Shown: positions 19,680 to 29,651 of the stretch, piece by piece
How positions within the stretch are numbered: position 1 is the first letter of the stretch
Layout: every line of letters starts with the position of its first letter
Assembly (NCBI GenBank): GCA_016927655.1
Contig: JAFGMG010000005.1
Span: forward strand, 75,991-139,990
DNA length: 64,000 bases
Direction of reading: 5' to 3'
Source: Candidatus Dojkabacteria bacterium
GTDB taxonomy: Bacteria > Patescibacteriota > Dojkabacteria > B142 > JAFGMG01
The notes under the pieces: generated by a model
Database searches by the model: none
Seen by the model: the letters and a program-made list of their open reading frames with translations, nothing else
What the model was told of the DNA's origin: nothing
Made by a program: the position numbers and the translations under genes

Positions 19680-20315
19680 TTAACGTTCAGGATCGACTTT
19701 TGCTAGCAAGCCATTCAATATATTGCCATATTGATTCTTATAGCTGTCAAATTTATCCTCTTGTTTGGTAGTATCAACAGTGAGCTTTGCGCCAACCATT
19801 GAAACTAGCGGTACAGTCCACGACAATCCTTTTGCCAATATTTTCCACATTGTCCTTCCCAGCCAGGTTTTTTTCTTATCTGCACCTAAAAGATTTTTGA
19901 TATGTTCGTAATTATCGTTTGTTTTTCCTTCTACTCTGACTTTTTGTTCTGCCATATTTAATGTTTCTTGAAGACCCCCATTTTTAAAATCGTCAATTGT
20001 CTCGTCAATTTGGTCATGGATATAGTTTTCTGTTAGTATGCCAAACTCCTCTGTCTGCATCATGTCAAAAGAAGCATCTCCAACTCTTTCTGCCAATGCT
20101 TGACCACGATTGGAAATAAATCTTCCAATCAAACCAGGCTCCTCTGCCCCAGTTAGTCCTGCACTTTCTAAGTCCTCTTGGTATCGCTTATATGCATCTT
20201 CACTCATATTCTGCTCCATCCATCTTTGAGCGCCACCTACGAATTTACCCGCGAGGTATTTGCCTACTAGCCCTGCTTTTGTTGTTTCATCGGCTGTTGC
20301 TGCTTCTGTTGACAT
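19680..20315 (-). CDS. Hypothetical protein with C-terminal amphipathic/hydrophobic segment
   Basis: 211-aa ORF containing WLGRTMWKILAKGLSWTVPLVSMVGAKL. Confidence 0.7.
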   Translation of the reverse strand: MSTEAATADETTKAGLVGKYLAGKFVGGAQRWMEQNMSEDAYKRYQEDLESAGLTGAEEPGLIGRFISNRGQALAERVGDASFDMMQTEEFGILTENYIHDQIDETIDDFKNGGLQETLNMAEQKVRVEGKTNDNYEHIKNLLGADKKKTWLGRTMWKILAKGLSWTVPLVSMVGAKLTVDTTKQEDKFDSYKNQYGNILNGLLAKVDPER

Positions 20316-20453
20316 ATTTATTGAGTCAAATCATTAATTATGCCGAAATTATATACAAATAATTTTAATAAAGCAAAGTGTGCTTGATTTTGATTTGAAA
20401 TTCGTTGATAATGATTTTTGTAATTAATTATGGTATAAATATCAAGGATAGAT

Positions 20454-20723
20454 ATGAGTGGGCAGCAATCAGCAGCACAAGTATTGCAAAGTTTAGCGGA
20501 AGGGGGCACTGACGCTGTAGTGAGCAGCGAAGAGCGGCAGTACAAAATGGTCGAAAATGGCAGACGTGTGCCCAATCCAGTAATGAGAGCAGCTGCAAAG
20601 CAATTGAAGGAAAAAGGCTTCAGCGATGCAGAAATAGTGCAAAAAATCCTATTTTTCGACGAACTCGCCGAAAAAGACCAGTTGATAGATTATTTAAATA
20701 AGCAGGAAAAAGAGAAGAAATAA
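20454..20723 (+). CDS. Small hypothetical protein
   Basis: 89 aa, preceded by tggtataaat and aagga; ends 2 nt before the next ATG. Confidence 0.65.
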   Translation: MSGQQSAAQVLQSLAEGGTDAVVSSEERQYKMVENGRRVPNPVMRAAAKQLKEKGFSDAEIVQKILFFDELAEKDQLIDYLNKQEKEKK

Positions 20724-20725
20724 TT

Positions 20726-23014
20726 ATGGCAATACCAGGACAGCCAGGACAACCAGGACAACCAGGACCAACTGAAGCTATGCCACTTGGGGAGAGGAAT
20801 ATACAACCTGCTCAACAAGAAACTGCTGCAGGAGATAGTGTTGGAACTCCAGATGATCTTGCGAATTTGCTGGCCGGGAAAGAGGCTAGAACACAAGTAC
20901 AACCCCCACCAGTAGAAAATATTGAATATACAGAGGAGCAGAAAAGGAGAGATGAACTCAGGCCACAGGCCGATAAGGCTTTGGAAACTATTAGAAAAGA
21001 CATTTCATCAGAAAGATTTATTGGGGAAGCTTCTCCTCAGTTAGAAAAACTACAACGTGAGATAGATCGATTGAGCAATCTGCCAAATCCAACTCATGAA
21101 GATATAGAACAACTAGAAGGAGCCCTAAGTAGATATGACAATATAAAAGAGACGGCAGAAGACGGCGGTGAGAGAATAAGAGGAGATGCCTTTCAATCTA
21201 AAAAGTATGATTCGGGAGAAGGACAAGGTGGAGGACTTGATGAAGAGGAGAAGTCTTTCTCGCAGCTGATGAATGATTTTGATGATGCAGTTAGGGATGG
21301 AGATGTGGATTTGGCTAGGAAGTTGTTGCGCCAAGCTAATGGCAGTAAGGGATTCAATTCTAGACAGTATGATAATATGAGAGGTGATTACAGGGATTTG
21401 GAAAGAGCTACAAAAGCAGAAAAAAAGGCCGCTGAGGAGAAAGAAAAAGCAGACAAAGAGACTGCAGCTAAGAGGAGAGCTAACAATATTGTTTTGGATA
21501 TCGAAGAGAAGCCTAACCCAACAGCTAATGATACTAGGCAAGCTTTAGATGATATTGCTAATCTGGAAAATTTGCCTGACGAGCAACGTGAAAGTGCTAT
21601 GAGGAGAATTCGAACTGTTGATAATGCGAGAAAAGAGAAGGAGCGAAAGAGTCAGGAACGTAAAGTTGATAGAAACTTTCAATTGGAGAGGAATAATAAA
21701 TATATACAAGACGTTCTTCTCTCTCCAGATGGTATCAGCGTGGAAGACCAACGGGAGGCTTTTTATACAGCACAAGATATGGGAACTATTCCAGAAGATA
21801 AAAACTTTGATCAAGAAGTTCTTGATCCTATAAGAAGACAAGTTGAAGCAAGTGTGGTAGGGAAATATTCAGCAGGTGATTTGGCTAATCCGAATGCGGC
21901 TAAGGGGGAGTTAGATGCTTATGTTGCAGGTGGATATATTGAACAAAATGAGGCGGATCGAATAATGGGAAAAGTTTATGAAAGACAGGTGAGAATGGTC
22001 GACGAGTTATTGGCCAGGGAAGCTCGGGGAGAAGCCATCAAACTTGAGGATATTAAAGATGAAACCGTAAAAAAAGAATTTGAGAAGCGAGCAAGACAGC
22101 GAGCTGAAAAAAGTCCGGCAGTTTCGGATTTAATGGAGAAAGCAAAGAAGTTTATGAAGGGCAAAAGAGGGCTTGCTACAGTAGATTGGGTGAAGGGTAA
22201 TTTGAAAAAAGAATTAGCGAATTTAAGTCCAGTAGAAAAGCAAGTTGCAGAAGAGCAATTGAATGAATACTCACAGATGATGACGGAGTTGGATAAATCG
22301 ACAAGGGAATTGATTACAGAAAGTGGCGGGAACGTTTCAATCCCCGGAGTAGAAGGGGGTTCAAAGGAAGTAAAATATGATTTATTGAATATTGACGCTA
22401 TAGTTGCCAAGTTGAATCTTTCTGATTCGGCAAAAGCAAACATTAAAGAAGAGCTGAAAGCAGAACAACGAGTTAGAATTGCTGAAATGAAGATGCGTGC
22501 AAGAGAAGCTGCAGTGGCAATGGATAAACAACGTCGTGCAAATCTTGCATTACAATTAAGCAAATTGAAACATTATGGTACGGCATTAGCGATATTTGCT
22601 ATTCCTACAATTGGTCCGGGCTTGTTATTGGGCGGAGCTGGATTTGCTGCGGGAGGGATTGGTCTTGGACTTTTAGCAGGAAGTTTTACCGGTTCTTTAG
22701 CTTTGCTTCCAGCAGGAGCAGCAACATATATTTATGATCGATATTATGGGAGACGAAAAATAGATGAAATGGAATTGCAAGTTGATAAGGAAAAATTAGC
22801 GCTAGAAAAAGCGGAGAAAGAGATTAGAAGAATTGTTGCAGATGCTAGCTTGTGGTCGCGTGAGAAAGCTGCTGCCGCTTATGCAGCACAGACGGGCAAG
22901 GATGTAAATGAAACAATACAAACATATATGCAACTTACAAATGTGGATACGATTTCAGTTTTGAGAAGGGATCTAAACGCTAGTGCGGCTAGTCAATTTG
23001 CTGCGGCTGCTTGA
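20726..23014 (+). CDS. Coiled-coil protein with C-terminal glycine-rich hydrophobic hairpin
   Basis: 762 aa, highly charged helical body, then ALAIFAIPTIGPGLLLGGAGFAAGGIGLGLLAGSFTGSLALLPAGAATYIY; no signal peptide. Confidence 0.8.
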   Translation: MAIPGQPGQPGQPGPTEAMPLGERNIQPAQQETAAGDSVGTPDDLANLLAGKEARTQVQPPPVENIEYTEEQKRRDELRPQADKALETIRKDISSERFIGEASPQLEKLQREIDRLSNLPNPTHEDIEQLEGALSRYDNIKETAEDGGERIRGDAFQSKKYDSGEGQGGGLDEEEKSFSQLMNDFDDAVRDGDVDLARKLLRQANGSKGFNSRQYDNMRGDYRDLERATKAEKKAAEEKEKADKETAAKRRANNIVLDIEEKPNPTANDTRQALDDIANLENLPDEQRESAMRRIRTVDNARKEKERKSQERKVDRNFQLERNNKYIQDVLLSPDGISVEDQREAFYTAQDMGTIPEDKNFDQEVLDPIRRQVEASVVGKYSAGDLANPNAAKGELDAYVAGGYIEQNEADRIMGKVYERQVRMVDELLAREARGEAIKLEDIKDETVKKEFEKRARQRAEKSPAVSDLMEKAKKFMKGKRGLATVDWVKGNLKKELANLSPVEKQVAEEQLNEYSQMMTELDKSTRELITESGGNVSIPGVEGGSKEVKYDLLNIDAIVAKLNLSDSAKANIKEELKAEQRVRIAEMKMRAREAAVAMDKQRRANLALQLSKLKHYGTALAIFAIPTIGPGLLLGGAGFAAGGIGLGLLAGSFTGSLALLPAGAATYIYDRYYGRRKIDEMELQVDKEKLALEKAEKEIRRIVADASLWSREKAAAAYAAQTGKDVNETIQTYMQLTNVDTISVLRRDLNASAASQFAAAA
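20735..20770 (+). repeat. 9-bp tandem repeat encoding (PGQ)3-PGP
   Basis: ccaggacag ccaggacaa ccaggacaa ccaggacca. Confidence 0.85.
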
Positions 23015-23061
23015 TACTAGAATAGTGAATTTAGTTTTTGTTTAGAATTTAGAAAAGTAAT

Positions 23062-23748
23062 ATGCCTACGACAAGTTATCTGATCGATCCGAATACAATA
23101 TCGATGCTTTTACAGATAGATGATGATACTGTTATTGAAAGCGAAATGCAGCAGTACTACTCTATCATTGACAAGGTTATGAAGGCTGGTGTGATTGACT
23201 ATATGGAAAGAAATAAATATGACGAAGATGAAAAAGAATTGATCAAAAAGAAGATGGATACTTATATATCCGAGCAGAATGAAGAGCTCAAGACAGACAA
23301 AATGCTCAAGACCTTTCTATCAAGCGAAGATTTGCAGAAGTTTCTTGCAGAGTTGATTAACCAGGTAAACAAAAGCTACTATGAGCAATATTATCCAAGA
23401 CTGGATCAGGCGAAACAGGATGAACTAGCCGATTATATTTTTGAAGCGCATCAACTTGAAAGGCAGACTGCAAGGCATATATTGAGTTTACTGGATTTTG
23501 TTGATGAAAAGAAAGTAGAAGAAGCTGTCAGGCAGGCAAAAGAGAATCCGCCGCAACCACAAACATCACAACAAGAATCAGTAATAGAGCCAATTGAGGA
23601 TAATGTGCTGACAGATGATTCGGGTACTTCTGAAAGTTCAATACAGCAGGCTCCTCAAGTTCAACCAATACAGCAAGAACAGCAACCAGAACAACCGCCA
23701 GCCCAGCCAACTCCTACTCCGCCGACGGTGAATCTTTCTCAGAGCTGA
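23062..23748 (+). CDS. Acidic helical protein (DUF5663-like) with Q/P-rich tail
   Basis: EMQQYYSIIDKVMKAGVIDYM aligns with FIANYYDVISRFLMSHIVGYI of 23714-24208. Family call is tentative. Confidence 0.6.
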   Translation: MPTTSYLIDPNTISMLLQIDDDTVIESEMQQYYSIIDKVMKAGVIDYMERNKYDEDEKELIKKKMDTYISEQNEELKTDKMLKTFLSSEDLQKFLAELINQVNKSYYEQYYPRLDQAKQDELADYIFEAHQLERQTARHILSLLDFVDEKKVEEAVRQAKENPPQPQTSQQESVIEPIEDNVLTDDSGTSESSIQQAPQVQPIQQEQQPEQPPAQPTPTPPTVNLSQS

Positions 23749-24208
23749 GAAACTCATCAACAGTCTTTTTACCGAAACGTTTCTCCAGATTTTTCATAAT
23801 TTTCGGATATTCCGAGGCCTGCCTGATTTTTTCCATTAGATAATCGATTATTTCAAAGACGTCTTCTTTTGGCCCATCACCGATAAATCTGAAGAAAATC
23901 GCATTGTCGTATTCTTTCATCACATCCCTTGTTTCCTGCTCCAGATCATCGTATGAAGCCAGAAATAATTTTATCTGATCAAGTATGACCTTCTGCCCTT
24001 TTACCCGCTCCTCGACATTTTGCGCCTCGAACATTTTATTTATCTCCTCCATCCTGTCCGGTTCGTGTTCAGCGATATAGCCGACAATATGAGACATCAA
24101 AAACCTGGAAATAACATCATAATAATTGGCAATAAACGCCTCCTGTTCTGCAGGAGAAAACCCCATAGATTTCGTAATGATTTTTAGAGCAGTTTCATCC
24201 AAAAACAT
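23714..24208 (-). CDS. Acidic helical protein (DUF5663-like)
   Basis: MFLDETALKIITKSMGFSPAEQEAFIANYYDVIS resembles the CPR-enriched DUF5663 N-terminus; starts 24 nt after the giant ORF ends. Confidence 0.6.
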   Translation of the reverse strand: MFLDETALKIITKSMGFSPAEQEAFIANYYDVISRFLMSHIVGYIAEHEPDRMEEINKMFEAQNVEERVKGQKVILDQIKLFLASYDDLEQETRDVMKEYDNAIFFRFIGDGPKEDVFEIIDYLMEKIRQASEYPKIMKNLEKRFGKKTVDEFLSSEKDSPSAE

Positions 24209-24232
24209 AATTCAATTATAAATTGTTAAATT

Positions 24233-27200
24233 TTAGAGTTCCGGCGGTTTGCTTGCTTCTTTAATTCTCTCTTCAAGCATTTCGAACATTTGTCCTGTTT
24301 TTTTGAGAACTAGATCATCAGTCGGATACCAGTCATCCGGTTCTTTGGTCGCTGCCAGATCCTCAAGCCAGAAAGTGATAACTTCAGTATAATATCTCAT
24401 TGTGGACAAATCCTGCTGCTGAGGGATCTCTCCTTGAAGTGCTGCCTGGAAAGCTCCAGCCATGGAAGTGGCATCTTTATATTTTTCTATAGCTTTTATT
24501 CTTCTTGTGTGCCATTTCTTTGCATTTTTTACAGCAGCCGGTTTGGCAAAGCCTCTAAGACCTGCTCCAGACATTACTATAAAAAGCCCTATCGGAGTTC
24601 CGGTCAATGCAGATGCAATTAATCCACCCACCATCATTTGGTTGGTCAGTCTTGTAAGCCATTTTGCAATACCTTTGTAGTATCCGGCTTTTTCGTAGCC
24701 TATACGTTCGTATTGGCCGATTTTTCTAAGTGCCATCAACCATTGATCCATCATATTCTGGCCATGCTCGTATCTGCCTCTAAAAGTGTCAATCCCTTTG
24801 GCAAGCATATCCTGCATTGTGGTAACTTCCTTAATAGGTCTTGGTCCTATTGCGTCCAGTTCCCTTCTATAAGGACTCGTCCAAGAAGGCTCTTTATAAG
24901 TTTTAAAATGCATAATATTTTCAAAATATGCGTCTTGTCCTCCGTGATTAGGACCAACTATTGCTTCTACTATTTTTGAAATATCTTCATGAGTAACATC
25001 AGGTTTATTTAAGGTTTCTTCAATAGCCGGCCATTTTGGATGTGGTATTCCTGAGGAAGAAGGCGGATAAAAGTTCATAGCAAGTCTTTTTACGTAATTT
25101 TTAAATGCAGTTGTGGCAAATCCTGAAGCTGCATCAAAAGTATCGTGGGTGTGTTTAACGCCCGTTGCATCTGTAAATGTAAATTGGGGTCTAAAATCAA
25201 TTAAATCCTGCCCTTCTTTTGTCCTGTGCATTTTATATCTTCGATCTGGCGGGAGACCTTTGACAAGAACGTCTTTCAAAACTTCGATCTGCATCCCGAG
25301 AAGAGCGTCTTTGACAGCGTCTGTTCGAAGCAGGACATTTTCTTCGTCAAAACCTTCGTCGATGTTTTTATTGCCGCCAAACCAGCTTACTGCTTTTCCC
25401 TGCCCACAAGCGGAGTTCAGCCTGATAAATCTAAGGTGCGGGTTCAATCTGTCTCCAACAAGCCTGCCCCAGTATTTTTGAACTTCGAGCATTCTGGCTC
25501 TGCTTTCATCCTCGTCTTTACTTAGCCAGGTTGTGTTTAATTGAACAACGCCATCCTTGATAATGAAATCACCACCGCCTTCGTACATCTTCTTTTCTTT
25601 ATTCCACCTTGCTTCTTTTAAAAGGACAGGTATCAGGTTCCCATTTTGATCAACTAATCTTTCTCCTGGTCGCACAGTGATAGTTTTAACTTGCCCCCTT
25701 TCTTTAAATGTTAATTTAACATCTTCATCTCTTGTATTTACAGCCCAGGCTCCTGCGTCCTGGCCTCTTAGCTCCTCTGCAATATGAATCATATTGACCA
25801 TGCTGTAGAGTGCATAATCTTCACGTATTGGATTTCCGTGTTTGTCCTTTCCTATTACTTTTTGTGCAAAGTGATCGTGCTCGTCTTTTAGTGTCATGTA
25901 GGCTAGATAGCCGTCTCTTGAATTGAGGAATTTTTTGAATTCTTTACCAACCTGGTCTCTCCAGCCGATCTTTTCAGCATCCTGTCCGGGTAGTCTTGAT
26001 CTAGTGACATACTTTTCATAATATTCACCGGCAGCTTCCTGCAGTTTTCCCGGCTTTTGAGCGATATACCTTCTAAGCGGGTTGACCATTCGAAGAAATC
26101 CCCGCCCGGATCCCATCCAAGGAGTGATGTCTCTTTTTACTTTTATCCCAAAGCGTCTGACCTCTGTTTTCCCTTTATCGTGTTCTTTGTATGTGAATTT
26201 CTCTCCACCTGGCACTAGAACTTTTTCGGCGTCTCCTCTGAAATTCCTAGAAATAAAGTTTAAAAATTCATGACCTCTTAGATCTTTAAAAAGGTAGGGG
26301 TCCCCTGCTGCTTTAGTACGTAGTTTAGCGAGTTTATCAGCACCTAGTATGTCTTTTTTGTCAACTACATCAGCAACGATATCCCTTGTACTTCGCATTT
26401 TGTCCTCATCTCTTTTGAATTTATACTGATTGGTCATAGGGTCAAAATCGAATTTTGATCCCATGAGTTCTCCCAGTATTCGCAGACGTTTAATTTCTCC
26501 AACACCTCCTTGACCTAAAATTTCGGCCATCCAGGCAAGGCCTTTTTTATGGGTAAATTCCTCGATATCCATTTGCAGACTTACCGGAGTCCTATCTCTT
26601 CCTTCTTCGATTCTGTAGGCATTTTGAATGCCTGGTAGATATTGTTTGAAAAGTCCCTCGTACTGGGTATTGAAATATTTAAAATATTTCGCAGGGTTTG
26701 CTCCAAGATAATCCGAGCCCATATAGTATTTACCAAGATCCCTGAGGCGCGGACTTTTACTTCTTGCAAGGCGCGCTCCTATACCCCTTCTAAATTCATA
26801 ATTTGTAAGCATAGGCCACGGGACCGGAACACTCCCAAGCAAGGTCGAGAATCTCCGCATTCCCGGGATCAAGTATCTAAGGGGGATAGCCCTGGCATCG
26901 ACATTGTATTCCCAGACATCATAAAATGCAGTGCCCTCACCTCCATATGTTGGCGGCGGCTTATCGCGGCCAATATACATCCCTCTTTGTATAGCTTCCT
27001 GATAGCCGGTGTTCATTGGTGAAGTGTCATCTCCAAGAGGTCCGATAAGCGGCTCTAAACCTGGGATTGCTGCATACTTATATTTGCCGGTTCTAAGGTT
27101 TTTGATTGCAGCAGACCTTTGTTCTTTGGTGCCGGCTCTTCCTGCTTCGTGATACATGTTTTCTGGATTTATCTGCGGGAGTCTATCCAGACCATATTTG

Positions 27201-29587
27201 CCGGCTAGAGCCAGGATGTATTCCATATTGATCCCCTCCATGCCAAAAGCCTGAATTTGACCAATAATATCCATGGCTAATTGGCTCCGAATCAAATCGT
27301 CGGTATTCATTGCATCATAAGTGTCAGCTCCAGCTTCCAGGGTGTTTTTATTGATTATTGCTTCAAGAGTCTTGGCAAGCAGGAACATATTCTCTCTTTG
27401 CGAGACATTTGCACTCTCTCCTGCTTGAGGTTCAAGCAGATATAGATCCTGCAGGTCGATTTTTGTTTTGCCGTCAATTTTGTGATCAAGCAGTTTTGAG
27501 ACAATTTCACGCATTGCCTCTGCTTCTTTTGATTGATCTCCATCGGGAAATAAAATTGCATCAAAAAGATAATCCTGCTGCTCGTGGGCAAGAAGAAGTG
27601 CCTGCTGCTTGAGATAGTCCGCTCTGTCCGGAAGTACTAGAATATTTACCGAAGGCATTGCTCGCTCATGAAATTTTGCGCTGAAAGCACGGTTAAAATT
27701 TTCCAGCGAAGACTCTTTGAATGTTAACCCAAGTCCATTTTTTGCGGCACTTCCAAGATCGACCCCGAATTCTTTCATCAAGGCTTCAAGTTTGTCTTTT
27801 ATTGGACCTTCCGCACCTCCTGCAGTATAAGTATTGATAGAAATTGTCATACCGGTGTTTGTCGGGATTACTTCGACAATCCCTGCATCATATAGTTCAT
27901 TTAAAACTTTGGAATCTGTAGAAATGTCTTTTCCGACAGCCTCGAGAACGTTTTTTACCGCGTCTCTGTTGATTTTCCCGTCAACGTCTTCTGGCAGGAT
28001 TTGCATAGTTGATGAATATTGATTTCTGATTTTTCGTGCTTTTGCAAGCAAATCGTTAGTGTCTTTACTGACACTTACACCTCCTTCTACTGATTTCAGC
28101 TCCCAAACCCCGCGCTCGTTTCTAAAGGCAAATCCATAGCTTGAAAGTGTCTCGTATAAATCATCTTCTGTATAATCCTCGGTATCAAGCATTTGAGCTT
28201 TCATCATGAAATCTTCTCTAACGGCAGCCATTCTCTCAGCGACTGGTCCTTCAAGTCTCCATCTTTCAAATTCTTCAATGTCTTGTAAAACCTCTTCTTC
28301 AGTATCAAGAGATGTTCTGGTGGCCGGATCGATTTCTCCTCTTCTTTCCGCGTTCATAACCTTGAGTCTGCCCACGACTTCCGGGTGTGAAAGGGTTTCG
28401 ATAAGCTGCAATTCGCGCTCGGTCAATGCAAGTGTACGGATTTGCGCCTGCCTTTGATCTTGTGTCATACCAGTCAGATTCAGCCCTCTTAACTTCAAAA
28501 ATAGAGAATTTATTTCCGGCTGGCTGCTGATAATCTTCTGCCATGTTGAGTATTCTTTGCCGAGCATTTTTGTCTGGGAGTCCCGGACCATTTCTCGAAG
28601 TATTTTTCCTTCTGTTGAGCCTAGTACTTCCAGCACTTCTTTTGTTTCGGTCCCGCCGCTCTCCGTTGTTGTTTTTATTTTCGTTTGGGCAAGAAGTGAA
28701 AATTGTTCAACCAGAAGTCCCTGCTTTACGACTTTGAGTTGTTCTCGGTCTTCATCTGTTAATTTCCTGTCTTTTTCTATACGATTTGTGATTTTCCCGA
28801 TTTTTCTATGATTTGCTACACGTTTGAGTCCGATTGTCTTCTGATCCCAGTTTTCAGGAAGGAGTCCTTCTTTTCTTGCCTTTTCGATTTGCGCAGCTCT
28901 TGAAAGAATATTGTCTATCTCCCCGGTTGGCCCATCCGCTAATTCTTTGGCTGATAATTGTTGTTTTGAAATTTTAGCCAGTTCCTGCTGTTTCCAGGCG
29001 AATTTTTCCTTACTCTCTCCAATGATTTCTTCAAGAAGTTCGAGTTCAACTTCCTCGCCTTCGGCTAATTTACCTTGACTTTTCTTTCTCTCCAGGGCTG
29101 CTTTACTCGCTTCCAATGCTCTGTGAGCCTGTTCGTGGATTCTAAGAGAATCTTCCAGAGCTTTTGCTCTTAGAGCTTCACCGTAGCCATCGAGATTGAA
29201 TTTTCTAAATAACCTTTCGGCAGCGACTTCGGCTTCAAAACCCAGCTGCATTGACGATTTTGTTTCACTGGCCCGGTCATCAAGGAGAATTTTTGCTTCG
29301 ATATTCGTTAGAAGTCTTTTCGCAAGTCTTTCGTAGTGTTCTCTTTTGGGTCTGTCTCCGGCTTTTAGAGCAGCGCCCTCGGCCGTTTTTTTTCTTGATT
29401 CACGGATTTTTCGGAGTTTTTCGGCTAAACGGCTGCTTCTATCAGTCTCTGATGTCTTTTTGATCTGTTCTGTGCGAGTTTGAGCTTCTTTCTTTTTTTT
29501 CTCCTTTGCTTCTCTCGCCTTTTTCTGATCTTCAGACTCACTGACTTGTTCGGGGCTGTCTTGTTCGGAAGTAAGACCTTCAAACAC
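24233..29587 (-). CDS. Giant hypothetical protein (1784 aa) with coiled-coil N-terminus and C-terminal hydrophobic hairpin
   Basis: Uninterrupted ORF with GTG start; no signal peptide; MMVGGLIASALTGTPIGLFIVMSGAG near the C-terminus. Confidence 0.8.
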   Translation of the reverse strand: MFEGLTSEQDSPEQVSESEDQKKAREAKEKKKKEAQTRTEQIKKTSETDRSSRLAEKLRKIRESRKKTAEGAALKAGDRPKREHYERLAKRLLTNIEAKILLDDRASETKSSMQLGFEAEVAAERLFRKFNLDGYGEALRAKALEDSLRIHEQAHRALEASKAALERKKSQGKLAEGEEVELELLEEIIGESKEKFAWKQQELAKISKQQLSAKELADGPTGEIDNILSRAAQIEKARKEGLLPENWDQKTIGLKRVANHRKIGKITNRIEKDRKLTDEDREQLKVVKQGLLVEQFSLLAQTKIKTTTESGGTETKEVLEVLGSTEGKILREMVRDSQTKMLGKEYSTWQKIISSQPEINSLFLKLRGLNLTGMTQDQRQAQIRTLALTERELQLIETLSHPEVVGRLKVMNAERRGEIDPATRTSLDTEEEVLQDIEEFERWRLEGPVAERMAAVREDFMMKAQMLDTEDYTEDDLYETLSSYGFAFRNERGVWELKSVEGGVSVSKDTNDLLAKARKIRNQYSSTMQILPEDVDGKINRDAVKNVLEAVGKDISTDSKVLNELYDAGIVEVIPTNTGMTISINTYTAGGAEGPIKDKLEALMKEFGVDLGSAAKNGLGLTFKESSLENFNRAFSAKFHERAMPSVNILVLPDRADYLKQQALLLAHEQQDYLFDAILFPDGDQSKEAEAMREIVSKLLDHKIDGKTKIDLQDLYLLEPQAGESANVSQRENMFLLAKTLEAIINKNTLEAGADTYDAMNTDDLIRSQLAMDIIGQIQAFGMEGINMEYILALAGKYGLDRLPQINPENMYHEAGRAGTKEQRSAAIKNLRTGKYKYAAIPGLEPLIGPLGDDTSPMNTGYQEAIQRGMYIGRDKPPPTYGGEGTAFYDVWEYNVDARAIPLRYLIPGMRRFSTLLGSVPVPWPMLTNYEFRRGIGARLARSKSPRLRDLGKYYMGSDYLGANPAKYFKYFNTQYEGLFKQYLPGIQNAYRIEEGRDRTPVSLQMDIEEFTHKKGLAWMAEILGQGGVGEIKRLRILGELMGSKFDFDPMTNQYKFKRDEDKMRSTRDIVADVVDKKDILGADKLAKLRTKAAGDPYLFKDLRGHEFLNFISRNFRGDAEKVLVPGGEKFTYKEHDKGKTEVRRFGIKVKRDITPWMGSGRGFLRMVNPLRRYIAQKPGKLQEAAGEYYEKYVTRSRLPGQDAEKIGWRDQVGKEFKKFLNSRDGYLAYMTLKDEHDHFAQKVIGKDKHGNPIREDYALYSMVNMIHIAEELRGQDAGAWAVNTRDEDVKLTFKERGQVKTITVRPGERLVDQNGNLIPVLLKEARWNKEKKMYEGGGDFIIKDGVVQLNTTWLSKDEDESRARMLEVQKYWGRLVGDRLNPHLRFIRLNSACGQGKAVSWFGGNKNIDEGFDEENVLLRTDAVKDALLGMQIEVLKDVLVKGLPPDRRYKMHRTKEGQDLIDFRPQFTFTDATGVKHTHDTFDAASGFATTAFKNYVKRLAMNFYPPSSSGIPHPKWPAIEETLNKPDVTHEDISKIVEAIVGPNHGGQDAYFENIMHFKTYKEPSWTSPYRRELDAIGPRPIKEVTTMQDMLAKGIDTFRGRYEHGQNMMDQWLMALRKIGQYERIGYEKAGYYKGIAKWLTRLTNQMMVGGLIASALTGTPIGLFIVMSGAGLRGFAKPAAVKNAKKWHTRRIKAIEKYKDATSMAGAFQAALQGEIPQQQDLSTMRYYTEVITFWLEDLAATKEPDDWYPTDDLVLKKTGQMFEMLEERIKEASKPPEL

Positions 29588-29651
29588 TTTAGGGCAATAA
29601 TAATTACGCCTATTATATCTTCTTTAATTTGTTTTGGCTATTGGTTTATTG

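Noticed and set aside
12619-29587. Prophage with tape-measure-like proteins
   Set aside because: No terminase, portal, capsid, tail or integrase genes are recognisable, and gene orientation is mixed.
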